Positions 1 to 11,978 are shown, numbered from the stretch's first letter. The stretch is 64,000 nt of DNA from Antechinus flavipes (GCF_016432865.1 NC_067401.1:181784001-181848000); one strand, 5' to 3'. Program-made: numbers and translations. Notes: generated from the sequence alone by a model not told the origin.

Positions 1-1691
1 TTTGAGAGAATACATAGTGTTTTTAATCTAATACATGCTTTAAAAAAAAACTACCAAACATTTATGCCACTTTTAAAATTAAAATTAGTTAAATTAATGA
101 GTGCATGTTGAGGTTCATACTCCCTATCAGGAATTTTATGATTTCATGTCAATGAGGTTGCTTATACAGTGATATTCCCTCAAAAGAAAGCATTTATCAG
201 TCATCTTAAAAGTAATGTGGAGACATCTATATAAGGAAAGAACTCCAAGGGCCTGACATTCTGGGAATTTTCCTGGATGCTTAACATGACTTATTATTTT
301 AAATAGAAATTAAATAATTTTAATTATTTTGAAAAGCATATACATGGATACCCCAGGCCCACTGACCTCATAGATATAATTTCAGGCAGCATGCCTTACT
401 AAATATGTGAAAGAATCTTTCATATATTCTCACCACCATGCAAAATTTTGCCAACAAATATTTTTTGAATTGACAGTTTTTCTTTGAAAAAGTTTCAAGA
501 TCCATTTGCTTATTACATAATCACAATGCTAGGTGCTGTGGATTCAAAAAAGAAAAATCCAAGGCTTCAAACTTCAATGAGTTTACATTCTCTTACAGGA
601 AACAGTAAGAAACATGTAAATATGTACAAAATTTTAAAAGGTAATTTGGAGGGGCAGGTAGTACTTGAGAGGTGGATATCAGAATCCTCCTACATATCAT
701 GTAGGAGGTAATATTTTGAAGAAAGCTAAAGATTCTAAATCAGAAATGACGAAGAAATACAGATATGGCAAGAAATTGGAAATAAATGTTTTGTTTAAGA
801 GGAACTTACAAAAGAAGAGTAGTTAGGGGCACAAAGCGTACAATAGAGAGTACCATATAATAAGGGTGGAAAGGTAGGTTGGAGTGAAATTATGAAGTAT
901 TTATTATGCCTGAGGAGTTTGGAAGCTAATAAAAAGCAACTATATGATAAACATGAGATCATTTCATATTATCTTAATTGAAATGGTTTTAATATTCGTG
1001 TTAATGATTTATATTTTTCATTGACAATTCTCTATCATTTACATTATTTGTGTTCACAAAAACATAGTTTAATGTCATTTAGTGTCACATTGTTTTAGTC
1101 TTCCCATCTTGCAATATCTATAAACAATCATTATATGAAAATAAAGGCAAATCAGAATATTTCCACGAGCGAAAATAATACATAATTTACTTTCATTAAT
1201 ACTTTAGCTTCTACCTTTTTCCAGACCTTATGTTTTCCTTTTCCCCCAGAACATTTTTATAACTACTATCTCTGCAAATTTAGACTAGTGTCGAGGTTAG
1301 TATTCCCAGGAATCTTTCACCTTCTGATACATGTGAAGAAAAAAAAAAAATCACCTCTTGTCTTAGCTTCCTCCTAATAAATGAAAGGCAAAATTTTCTA
1401 TCCTGGGAATTGGTGAAAGAAATTCTGAACCCGAAAATGTTTGCCCTCTTTAATCTGCAGAAGTAGCTGCCCCGCCCCCATCCAAGACACCAAAGATTTT
1501 GCTAAAGTTTTAACTTCCTCAAAACAAATTTTACACCCGGATCCCCATCTCCCATTAGATACTCTCCCCTCCCAAAAACCTGTGGTTTCCCCCTTTTATC
1601 CCAAAATAACTTCGTGTAATGACTACAGAATCAAATCGTTGCCCCAGTAGCCAATTCCCACTATTCCATTTACAGAAATCGTGGGAGAGCC

Positions 1692-2139
1692 TGTGTTACT
1701 TCCCCCGCGGAGAAACGGAATTTTTGTGTAAATGATGATAAAAATAACTTGGTTTTTGTGCAGATGAGAAGCCAAGCATATGATGAACAATCCCAGGGAG
1801 GAAGAACTTTCAGGAGTAAAGGGACGAATTTGTATTTTAGAGAAAAAACAAGAAGTTGACTCGATTTCACCTGAATTTTGCTCAGAGTTACGTATGTTTA
1901 GAAAGGCTGCTGATGTAGTATTTGAGGCTACCGAGAAAAAAGAAGAGGGACATGAAGCCTGAGACGTCTCCACTTATTTTCCGATTGAAACCGCGTGATT
2001 CCATACAGGGAATTTTTATAATTTTCCCTTTTTTTGAAGTGTAACAAACACAACTCCTCTTCAGAGCTGAGACACTGTCCCTGCCAGGGAGGCGAGCTGG
2101 GCAGCGCACCAATCACAAAGCAGCTCCTCTCTATATATA
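1692..2139 (+). promoter_or_regulatory. Replication-dependent H1 promoter (TG box, H1/AC box, CCAAT, TATA)
   Basis: TGTGTTA 1692-1698, AAACACA 2046-2052, CCAAT 2109-2113 and TATATA 2132-2139, in canonical order upstream of the ATG at 2220. Confidence 0.85.
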
Positions 2140-2219
2140 CCCCCGGCCCTGCGAGCACTGCTATATTGACACTGTGGGTTTTACAGCATTTTTTACTGTA
2201 ATTGTCTAGGTTTGCTACT

Positions 2220-2885
2220 ATGTCTGAGACTGCTCCTGCCGCGCCAGCTACTCCAGCTCCAGCAGAGAAGACACCTGTGAAGAAGAAGGCTAAGAAGCCA
2301 GCGGGTTCCGCAGGAGCACGGCGGAAGGCGTCTGGGCCCCCGGTGTCTGAGCTGATCACCAAGGCCGTGGCCGCCTCCAATGAACGCAGCGGCGTGTCTT
2401 TGGCCGCCCTCAAGAAGGCGCTGGCGGCCGCCGGCTACGATGTGGAAAAGAACAACAGCCGCATCAAGCTGGGGCTCAAAAGCTTGGTGAACAAAGGCAC
2501 CCTAGTGCAGACCAAGGGGACCGGTGCCTCGGGCTCCTTCAAGCTCAACAAAAAAACTCCTGCGGGTGAAGGGAAAGGCAAGGCCAAGAAATCGGCCTCT
2601 ACAAAGGCGAAAAAATCGGTGGGAGCTACCAAGAAGCCTAAAAAGACGACGGGGACGGCTACGAAAAAAGCGTTGAAGAAAACGCCTAAGAAAGCTAAGA
2701 AGCCAGCAGCGGCAGCAGGAGCTAAGAAGGCAGCAAAGAGTCCGAAAAAAGCCAAAGCTGCGAAGCCCAAGAAGGCGGCCAAAAGTCCTGCGAAGGCTAA
2801 AGCCGTGAAGCCCAAGGCAGCTAAGGCAAAAGTGACTAAACCTAAAACTGCCAAGCCCAAGAAGGCGGCGCCAAAAAAGAAGTAG
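2220..2885 (+). CDS. H1: Linker histone H1, somatic replication-dependent type, 221 aa (H1.3/H1.4-like)
   Basis: ATG 2220 to TAG 2885, intronless. [10 protein letters not shown]-terminus, globular domain [12 protein letters not shown]...[13 protein letters not shown] and a Lys/Ala/Pro tail ending KKAAPKKK. The ORF-track start at 2202 is non-AUG. Paralog not firmly assigned. Confidence 0.98.
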   Translation: MSETAPAAPATPAPAEKTPVKKKAKKPAGSAGARRKASGPPVSELITKAVAASNERSGVSLAALKKALAAAGYDVEKNNSRIKLGLKSLVNKGTLVQTKGTGASGSFKLNKKTPAGEGKGKAKKSASTKAKKSVGATKKPKKTTGTATKKALKKTPKKAKKPAAAAGAKKAAKSPKKAKAAKPKKAAKSPAKAKAVKPKAAKAKVTKPKTAKPKKAAPKKK

Positions 2886-2915
2886 GTCTCCGCGGGAACT
2901 TCCAAAAACCTCAAA

Positions 2916-2957
2916 GGCTCTTTTCAGAGCCACCCATAGATCTCAATGAAAAGAGCT
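2916..2957 (+). terminator. Histone 3' stem-loop and U7-binding HDE (H1)
   Basis: GGCTCTTTTCAGAGCC 2916-2931, followed by ACCCA, then AAAAGAGCT ~2949-2957. Confidence 0.97.
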
Positions 2958-3077
2958 CAATACGTATGTTTCGGGGCCCTGCAAGGTCTTTTTAGTTGCA
3001 TGGCAGTTCAGTAGGGAGGAGGTGGCTATTGGCACCATACTTATGGGGAGCTTCGATTCCCCAAAATCTGGTTGGGG

Positions 3078-3078
3078 G

Positions 3079-3130
<52 letters not shown>
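3078..3130. repeat. (TG)n microsatellite
   Basis: Direct reading. Confidence 0.97.
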
Positions 3131-3132
<2 letters not shown>

Positions 3133-3144
3133 TGTGTGCGCGCG

Positions 3145-3330
3145 CCTCTATGCCTGATAAATCTGCAGTATTTGCATGGTCTTGTAAGACTGCAGCTCCA
3201 GTAGCTACTTGTAATTTTTTCGTTGTTGGTACCGGATATCCTGCGGCGCCATAATGCCTGGCCCAGTTATAAAGCCCACGGGCCCTTGGGAGAGTTGCCC
3301 GACTGGTAGATCTGATAGTCGGGTGATTCA
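3145..3330 (-). pseudogene. Degenerate histone H3 pseudogene
   Basis: Minus strand 3264-3223 reads GPGIMAPQDIRYQQ versus H3 [15 protein letters not shown]. It continues K*LL where H3 has TELL (GAG>TAG). An H3-type CCAAT promoter lies upstream. Confidence 0.7.
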
Positions 3331-3400
3331 GCGTCCTTTCAAATTTGAAATATATTCAATGGATATTTGTCTTTTTAAATGATTAGTGATTGGATTAAAG

Positions 3401-3649
3401 CACCTGTTCTCACAATGTCTAGATACCCCTTGACTCCCCGAAATCCGACTCAAGGGCAACCGAGGTCAAAAGTGTTTATGATAACAGTAAAAGGTTTTCA
3501 TTTCTAATACAGTGTCAGTAGATAAGACACGTTAGGTCGTTTTTTTTTGTTTTTTTGTTTTTTTTGTTTTTTTTTTTTTTTTTTTTTTTTCAGAATTAGG
3601 ATCCTTAATTTCTTAGTGTTGTAAAAGACCAAAAGTTTGAGAACTGCTG
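3401..3649. mobile_element. hAT/Charlie (MER5-like) MITE
   Basis: Termini CACCTGTTCTCAC...TTTGAGAACTGCTG resemble CAGTGGTTCTCAAA TIRs. Decayed 8-bp TSD GATTAAAG/GGCTAGAG. Related to the copy at 27876-28062. Confidence 0.6.
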
Positions 3650-4299
3650 GGCTAGAGTAACATTCAAAAGTCCCGCGCCTTGAATAAATTGGTTTGTTAC
3701 TCAACCTCACGTAGCCTTGAATTCTGGACAATTTGATTGGAAAAAAATAAGTCCCTACACACTCCCACTTTCCTCTTACTGGTTATAAATGTCTTTTCTT
3801 CTCCATTTTTTCTTCATTATTCATATTCTGTGTGCGTACTGCAATCTATGATTATTCTTTCAGTTTGGGGATAAGGACTTTTCAGCACCTGAACGCAGGG
3901 AGTTTCTTTTTTATTTTTTAAAAAGTGCAACAAAATGAGTTCTAAGTCACCATATATCTTGGTTTGCTATTTAGTTTTATGTCTTATAACCTTGCTAAGG
4001 AAATAAGAACAAATTAATTTAAAGCAAGTGCATAATATATACAATCATCCTTATTAATGCAAATAGCCTGAAATATTTTGTTACTTCTCAAAGAAGTACC
4101 ATCCCAGCTTCACCACTACTACCAACCTACCCCCCCACCCCCACCCCTGTCCCCGACTTCCGCCCCAAGAAAAATTCTTTTTGAAGTCGAATACCAAGGA
4201 ATCCAGTATCGACCTGTTTATGGCAACTGGAACTCTTCAAATTCTAGTTTAAATTTTTGGTAATTGAGAAGAAAGAGGGAGCCAAGGAAAGCTTTTTTG

Positions 4300-4420
4300 T
4301 TTTGTTTTGTTTTTCTGAAAGTGGGTGATTGATTACAAAAATCTGATTCCACCGGCTTCAGTGCTTCGCTGGTCCTGAACTAATTTCGTCCCTCACCGGC
4401 TTCCCTAAAGTCCTAGACAT
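4300..4420 (-). pseudogene. Possible degenerate H2A 5' remnant
   Basis: Minus strand from the ATG at 4420 reads MS..GK...AKH*SR..QIFV..HPLSEK, loosely matching H2[34 protein letters not shown] (~4472-4484) resembles the TATA context of the intact H2A. Confidence 0.35.
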
Positions 4421-4947
4421 TGAATTCATCTGCTCTTTTTGGTGCTGCAATATGTCCGTGTTTTGGAGCAAGACGCAGACAAGAACTATTTAAACTCATT
4501 ATTATGACATTAGGTAGCCATTTTACAAGCATAATTTATCTTATGTGGGCCTATCCTTATACCTTTCCCCTCCTCATTTCAATTTTATATAGAAAACTTG
4601 AACTCAAAAAGCTCAGGAAAAACTACTTTGGGCAGCGCCATAGCATTTGTGACTGAGTCAAAAAACCGTGCCTGCACTTTATCCAAAACGCAGTGCTTAT
4701 GTGGCCTCTGGCATGTATGTATCCGTAGGTCATAAAGTACATATGTGAATTTTTTTGCTTTGTTGCTGGGCAACAAATCTAGATTCTCCTTAGGCTGGGT
4801 ACAAGGATAAATCTAACTTGGGGGTGGAGGTGGGGAGGAGAGGGAAGAGGTTGTACACTGACCTTCAGACCAAAGAGTTCGAACCAAAAAAGGCACCAAA
4901 AAGAGTATTACTTGCATTGAATAGCCAACTTGTCAAACTGATTAGCT

Positions 4948-5081
4948 ATTGGTCAAAAACAGCATTATGATTGTTTTAGCCAATCAAAAGGTAAGATTAA
5001 AATCTCACTACTTAAATACGATCTTCTCTCTTTAGTTAAGTTGCTCCAATGGAAACTGAGATGGACTTTTTAAATTTGCAT
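4948..5081. promoter_or_regulatory. H2A/H2B bidirectional promoter remnant
   Basis: ATTGG 4948, AGCCAATCA, CCAAT 5046 and octamer ATTTGCAT 5074. The ATTGG-to-octamer distance is 126 bp, identical to the promoter at 20207-20340. Confidence 0.8.
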
Positions 5082-5149
5082 AGAACTAACCCTGACTTAA
5101 AACTTACTTGTTTTGCTTTTTTGAAAATTATTGACTTTCATTATTCCAC

Positions 5150-5446
5150 TTTACCTAATTCATCCCAATCCAGTATTCAAAAAATGTAGCAGTTTAAGTA
5201 GAGACCAATGGTAAAAAGCATGAGCATGATTTGAAGATTTGCTGAGACGCTACATCAGATATCTCTAGCAAAGTCTGAAACATAATTTTAATAATATTTT
5301 CTCTTATATCTTTTTTTTTCTCTTATATCATAGGATATGAGTGTCGCATCACTTCTCGAGAATTCAGATGGCCCTATAGCTGTTACTGTCTGGGGAGTTC
5401 ATCAAGCACATCATGTTGGAGGGCAGTACCAAGTATGCCAATTCTC
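5150..5446 (+). pseudogene. Histone H2B pseudogene
   Basis: 5347-5446 with one indel reads ITSRE(I)QMAL*LLLSGEFIKHIMLEG..TKYANS versus [36 protein letters not shown]. Upstream ATCTCTAGCAAAGTC matches ISSKA. Confidence 0.85.
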
Positions 5447-6768
5447 CTATAGTGATCCTTGTATAATGTAAAGGTTCTTTCAAAATACACTCCTATTCTG
5501 TTGTTTTAGTTACATTGTATAGCTAGTATCAAAATAATTACTTTTCACCTATTTTGTATCCAATTTAAGTGTAGCTCGCAAAAGTGATTCATAATTTATC
5601 ATAATTCATCATTGAATTTTCTTCTTCCTTCTCCTAAAACATACATGAAAGATATCCCAAAGAATGCTTGCATCAATGGGAGTATCCTGTAGCAATTTAT
5701 GAACACTAGACTCAGAGCTCGACGACTGAGATTCAAAACATGTCTCTGTCATTGACACCCTGTGTTCCCTTTGGCAAACTAATTTCTCTGGGCTTCATAT
5801 TTCCCCATTTAAGTAAGGGGGTTCAACTAGATGATCTCTGAAGTCTCTTTCATACCTAAGTCTAGGATCCTGAATTCAATGGTTGAAAATCATCTCTGGT
5901 TTGATTCAACATTTGAATGTGTTTCCCTGACTCATTTTTGTTTGCTGCATAACCTAATATCTGAAGAAAAAGAGGAAAGGCAAGGGTGAAATAAAGATAT
6001 TTTAAGGTCTGACCCTCTGACATGATTCTCTTCTCCAGCATTTTCAACACACTTTTGAATTTTGCCTCTCCACTCTAATATGTAGCAATTAGATTTTACT
6101 TTATGCAATCTTGAGACAGACACTTTTGTTTTTAGAAACTTAAAACACTAGTTCATAGAGGTTTCAGCATCCAAGAGAGAAAACCTCAATAATCCCAGGA
6201 AATACTAATCCATTTTCTCATTTCTCTGTTCACAACACTGCTCCTGTGTCATTGGTATCCATTCAATACGTAAAAGTCTCATAGGATCATAGAATATTAG
6301 ATTTAAAACCTCTTTTTCTAACTCCTTTGTTTCCTTGATCTGGCAGATGAGATAATTTGCTGCCAACTAGATGACATAGATTTTAATATCTATTCTACCA
6401 CTGACTTCTGGCCATCTTTCATGTGACATCCTATATTTGACTTATGTTCTCATAAAGGTAAATTGTGAGGGAAAAGGAAAAAAATGAAAACATTTATTAA
6501 GCACTTACATTGCAAAGAACTTTATTAAATATGAGCCTACAAAGAGAAAAATAAAACAATTTTTGCTCACAGGATCACATTCTAATGAAGAAAACTGCAT
6601 ATTTATATGTATTATGCATGTATGTATATGTATATAGTTTCAGCTAAAAATAAAACAAATGATCTTGAAGGATATAAATGGAACATTACTCTAACATCAG
6701 TTCCAATGATAAAATTGTCATTTTTCTGATATTGAATTCTTCAATAGTGATAAGAATTGTGGTGGTAA

Positions 6769-7328
6769 TGTAATGCCAGAGAAACTGAGGCAGGAGAGAG
6801 ATTAGAGAGTTTTTAATATTTTATTAATGGGAGAGTAAGAATGACTGGACAGGACTCTCGTCTCAAATTATCCAGTCAGACAGAGATAAAGATATACTGG
6901 GACCAAGGAATCTATGTTGGTCCCAGGGCTGGAGGAAACTGTCATCCCAAAGAATCCAGCGTCCCGCATCCAACCGCCAGCCTCCAGCCATGAATGGAGG
7001 AACCCCAACTTCTTAAATACCTTTTCACTAAACAAAGAAAGGGATAAGAAGCTGTCAGGATGGGGGAGGCCATAAATCCTAAAAAACAACCCAGAGACAG
7101 GATGTCTGAATACACAGATATCTTGGAATATTTTAGAGGGATATTGTAAATTCTTGAGGACAGAAAAGAGTCAGGAGGTCTACTCTCTTGTTTATCTTGC
7201 TTGGGCTAACAATTTATAACCTTAGTCTTAAGGGAGATTTACAGCTTAGGGGATTGACACAGAACAGTTAAAGAAACTGAGACAAGGGAAACTGAGTCAG
7301 GACAGTTAAAGAGAACTGTGGCATAACA
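6769..7328 (-). mobile_element. Solo LTR (family A)
   Basis: TG...CA termini. The reverse complement matches the LTR at 61162-61650 at both ends. Confidence 0.85.
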
Positions 7329-8354
7329 TTAAAAGCCTTCTTTTCAAAGTTTTTGGTAACTGTAGCTATGGTACCTGTAGAAGCAGTTACCAGACTGCAT
7401 TTCCATAGGAGTTGCTTCAAGGAATGATGATTGCAAACACTAGAAAAGGCATTGCTATTTCAAAGCTGTTCTCCCTTACAGTTCTGAGCTATCTCCCTCA
7501 GGGTCTGAGAGATGGTAGCTAAAGTGTGGTAATGATAATCATGGTTTGACTTAACTGGCACAAGCTAGTCTCTCCCTCTCCTAAATTGCCTACCACGTGA
7601 GAGGCATTTTGTTTGCATTTGGCGGAGATAACTGGACCCTTCTCTATAGGAGTTGCTTCCCCAGATGAGGGCTAATGGTGGATGGATTGAAAGCAATATT
7701 TACTGTTTCAGGGGGTACAACTATTCCTAGAACTCTATGCTTATCTGCCATTTGGTAGCAGTTGGTCAATAATTGTTGATGGTAGTGGTAAGGAAGTTAG
7801 GTCCCTTCTCCAAAATGATTTCTCCTCTAAGTGATTGTGGAGACAGGACTGAAAGCAGATCTGGTACTTTGAAGAGGGGAATGAGTACTACTTTTTCAAA
7901 GGTTTCTTAGGTTCAGTGTTATGACCTGCCTCCAGTCAAGTCTGAGGGAGAGGAGATGATTGTCAAGGTGGTGGCAGTTACCCATTTAAGAGGTCTCTCC
8001 AGTTCTTTCACTTGCTTATATTCCCTTTTAATAAATGTTCTTCAGAAAAATGATGCTTGAGAATAAAATGCCAAACTCTGAAACCTTGTTGTAACATCCC
8101 CCACTAAGCAACTAGTTAGCATAAAATCTAGTCATTTTACCTGAGTATCATCATGCATTTCATTTTTGTATATAGCAAAGTACACAAATCCTACATGATA
8201 TCTAAGAATAAGGAAAGTGTTTTATTCATGAAAAACATTTGATAGTTATACAATAATAAGTTCCAGGAAGAGATGTCTTTGTCTTTTCAGTTGTAACACC
8301 CATCTATCAATAGTATTTCTTCTGCTATAAGAATTACCTACCAAAAATACCAGC

Positions 8355-8830
8355 TCTTTTTGTAATGGCAAAGAATTGGAAAATGAATAGATGTCCATCA
8401 ATTGGGGAACAAATTATGGTATATGAAAATAAAAGAATATTAGTTCTATAAAAAATGATGAACAGACTGATTTTAGAAAGGCCTGGAAAGATTTACATGA
8501 ATCTTTCAAGAAGAACCCAGGGAAACATTGTACACAGCAAGATTGTACAATGATCAACTATGACAGACTTGATTATTCTCAGCTGCTCAGTGATCTAGGA
8601 CAATTCCAATCAAATCTGAATAAAAAATACCATCGGCATCCAGAGAGAAAACTGTGGAGACTGAATGTAAATCAACACATGCTATGTTCACTTTTTTTTC
8701 CTTTTCTTCTGTGTTTTTTCTCTAGTTGTTTTTCCCTTTTGTTCAATTTTTCTCTCCCAATATGATTCATAAATATGTTTTTTTCTTAAAGAATGTACAT
8801 GTTTTACCAAAATATGTTGTTTTTTACATG
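8355..8830 (+). mobile_element. L1 3' fragment
   Basis: L1 ORF2 C-terminal and 3' UTR-like sequence (TTTTTTGTAATGGCAAAGAATTGGAAA...), homologous to the minus-strand L1s in the BTN introns. Confidence 0.75.
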
Positions 8831-8932
8831 TAACTGGGAAAAATAAATATTTTTAATTAAAAAAAAGCAGGTCAAGGGGGGAAAATAATTCATTCCCTTT
8901 GGGCATTAAACCCTCAACTCAGACATTTTCAC

Positions 8933-9562
8933 TGGAATGCCAGAGAAACTGAGGCAAGACAGAGATTTTTTTAAAAATCTTTTTAATGTGGAGAGTTTAA
9001 TAAGCTAGCTGACTGATGGGACTTCCATCCATCCAAAGCGAGGCACAGACTTTATATAGGATTGTAACTAACAAAACAAGCAGGTAGTAACAGAAGGAAA
9101 AAGAATGCAGTTAGGTAATTTCCTTATTTATCATCAAGCAGCTTTTATACAAGGAAAATATGTTTTTCACAACCTAAAACAGTAACAATGATGGAAATAG
9201 GCTTGGGATATATACAATGGGAATGACAGAATTACAGAATGACAGAATACAAGAATACAGAATACAGAATGATAGAATACAATGATAGGAATGGGCTTAG
9301 TATGTATGTAATGATGGGAATGGGCTTAAGGGCACCTTCCAGGGTTAGTATTTTCAGAGAACAATAATTGATCCTATCTGTAGAAGCATCTCACAGGTGT
9401 GATGCCCAAGAAAGCAGAAGAACAGAAGTAGGCAAGGTCACTTTATGGTCATGCTTGTCACTTTGAATCTAGTGTGTGAGGCTAAGTGAGAAACTTACAG
9501 TGTCCTTTTTGGTTCAGCACCACAACCATAATGCCAAGGTCCATTTCTTAGGATTATGAACA
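8933..9562 (-). mobile_element. Solo LTR sharing the family A U5 end but with a different U3
   Basis: TGGAATGCCAGAGAAACTGAGGCAAGACAGAGA is shared with 6769 and 21678. The rest differs and contains GAATACA tandem repeats. Confidence 0.65.
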
Positions 9563-10859
9563 CTGACCTGTGTTCAAGAGAGAAAACAAAAAAACAGTAG
9601 AAGATAGACAAAGGGTTGGAATCGATATGCAGTTGTATCTGACACATTTTGAACCCACTTGAAGTTTTCTTGATAAAGACACTAACGTGGCTTACCATTT
9701 CACTCCAACTTATTTTACAGATGAGGAAACTAAGGTTAAGTGACTTGCCCAGGGTCACATAGTTATAGTACATGTTTGAGGCCAAATTTGAACTCAGGAA
9801 GATGAGTCTTCCTAACTTCACATCTGGCACTCAATCCACTTTGCCCCCTACCTGACCTTTAGAATCAATAGGGAAACAAATGTTTTCTCACTGCTGCTAT
9901 CAGTGCTAATGGTAAGAAGAGAAAGAAATCACCTCTACTGGAATTTACTGGAAGTCTAAGGAAGGTCACGTACTGGGAAAGTCTCAAAAGATAATGTAAA
10001 TTATTTTTCTTCTATTACACATAAACTATTAAGTAGGAATCTCTTCTTTGTTGTTGTTTAGTCATTTTCAGTCATATATAGTTCTTCATAATGCCATTTG
10101 GGATTTTCTTGGCAGATACAGGAGTGGTTTGCCATTTCCTTCTCCAGCTCATTTTACAGGAGAGGAATCTAAAGGATTAAGTGATTTGGCTAAGATCTCA
10201 TCTTAGATAGTAAGTATCTGAGGTTGGATTTGAACTCAGGTCTTCCTGCCTTCAAGCCCTCCATGTGGCACCTAGACCATGACTCTATAGTAAATAATTT
10301 TCAACATGACTTCTATTCTTGGTGATCAAACGGGAGTTTCTACATTATTGCAATAAGCCGTAAGTACTTCAACAAGAGGTCAAATGACATTCAGTAAAGG
10401 AATTAGAGTACTGGCCTATTTACATAGGAGGCATATTCAGCAAATCGGGGACTTTTCTCTCTTATACAAATTAATCATTCCAAAGATTTATGCTATTTTA
10501 TTAGAATGTGAAAGGTAAAGTCTCCAAATGTCTACCAAACCAGACAGACAACCTTCTTATCTCACAAGGGGGCACTTACAGATAACTTACAATGGAGAGC
10601 AGGCACAGTTGAACTTCAAGTTTATTAAAGAAATCAATTAAATAGACTAGACCCCTACTAAAATCTAGACTGATTTCCAATTATATATATCATGGGCCAC
10701 TGCTACAACTTTTATTGCAACAAAAATTTTAAGGGAAAAAATATATATGATACATACATATCATGTTCTCAAGGAATTGCCCATCTAATGAAGTGAAAAC
10801 ACTTGTAGTAAAAGGCTCATTGGTGGTAAACAAGATAAGATGAGATCTTTCAAGACAGT

Positions 10860-11580
10860 TGTGAAAATCGAGTAAGGCTTCATCTATTTCAAAGTTTGAG
10901 TAGGCCTGAAGGACTTTAAGCATTTAGTCAAGGGCATACTTAAAGTGTCTCCTCCCTGCTATTCTCCTAAGGACATACTTAAAGTCTCCTCCCTGTTATC
11001 CCCCTAAGGGCATACTTAAGCCCCCTTCTTGTTATCCCCCTAAAGGCATACTTAAGCCCCCTTCTTGTTATCCTCTCTATTTGGACCAAATATGGGCAAC
11101 TGTGTACTTATTAGTCAAGTTCAATTTCTTGGGTAGTTCCCCTGTTTAGAATGTAAGATCCTCAGCCAATAAGGATGAGGGTCAGTGGTGGGAGGGGGAA
11201 TTTGCGTTAGGGATTAAAAGCCTTGACCCTGCCCCCTACAGTGCTTCCTCCCTTCAGTTGTCTGCTCATGGGTGGGAAGCCTGATTCTCGCAAGAACTTA
11301 TAATAAACTTTGCTTTGCTTCTAGAGATCTATCCAGTCTTTTTTTATAAATGGTTTCTGACCCACACAGTCTTGGGGGCTCGTCTAGGATTACACTACTT
11401 GTGGTGAGTAGGTGAACCCTTGGGGTGCTGGCGAGGTGGCGCCCTGCCCTGATTTAGGCAGCCCGCCAGCATCCAGGGCTTCTCCTTACTCAGAGCAAAG
11501 CAAAGGGAGACGTATAATAAACTTTGCTTTGCTTCTAGAGATCTAGCCAGTCTTTTTTTATTAATGGTTTCTGACCCACA
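10860..11580 (+). mobile_element. Internally deleted ERV1-type provirus (5' LTR, tRNA-Pro PBS, short leader, 3' LTR tail)
   Basis: TGTG...CACA termini with a CAGT TSD (10856-10859 and 11581-11584). Four ~37-bp U3 repeats 10931-11079, CCAAT 11166, AATAAA 11302, PBS TGGGGGCTCGTCTAGGAT 11373-11390. The 72-bp U5 end is duplicated at 11513-11584. Confidence 0.85.
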
Positions 11581-11978
11581 CAGTGGGGGAGGTATATCCA
11601 GAAATAACTATGATATAAAAACTAAAGATAGTAATAATTTCTATTTAAAAAGATACATAGAAAAGAAATAACATTCAAATTAAATATGTGAAAATTATAT
11701 AAAAGAAATCAAGGCAAAGTGCTGTTAAATAAATAAAACCTATAATTTGAAATGTTCCACTCCATTTCACTATATTTCTGCCTTCATATATAGTAGGACA
11801 ACAGCCATGATTAAGTTATTTTCTCTCCTAACTTCAAAAAGAGATTTTTGCTAGAAACATATCTTTTACAATAAGATATTCAAGGGGTACAATGATCTTT
11901 TGAAGTTCAAATTAAAAGCCAGTGTCCTTTGGTAACTCAGATAAGTAGATCAATCCCAAATCAGAAAGGTAACAGCTT

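Noticed and set aside
2202-2219. ORF-track N-terminal extensions of H1, H3 (to 18720) and H2A (to 20142)
   Set aside because: They start at non-AUG codons or lie in the 5' UTR; the canonical ATGs are 2220, 18696 and 20103.
1928-2933. Long minus-strand ORFs (161, 159 and 143 aa) over H1
   Set aside because: Antisense shadows of the GC-rich, Lys/Ala-biased H1 coding sequence; no independent features.
3298-3324. 7-bp inverted repeat CCCGACT...AGTCGGG
   Set aside because: Short, lies within the H3 pseudogene and is expected by chance.
4585-4776. ORF with a zinc-finger-linker-like LRIHTCQRPH motif
   Set aside because: No C2H2 spacing and no further fingers; chance resemblance.
4840-4890. B-box-like GAGTTCGAACC suggesting a tRNA gene
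   Set aside because: No A box at a proper distance and no cloverleaf could be folded. No tRNA gene is supported in this window.
10931-11079. Four ~37-bp direct repeats resembling a CRISPR array
   Set aside because: There are no unique spacers; they are tandem U3 repeats of an LTR in a eukaryotic genome.
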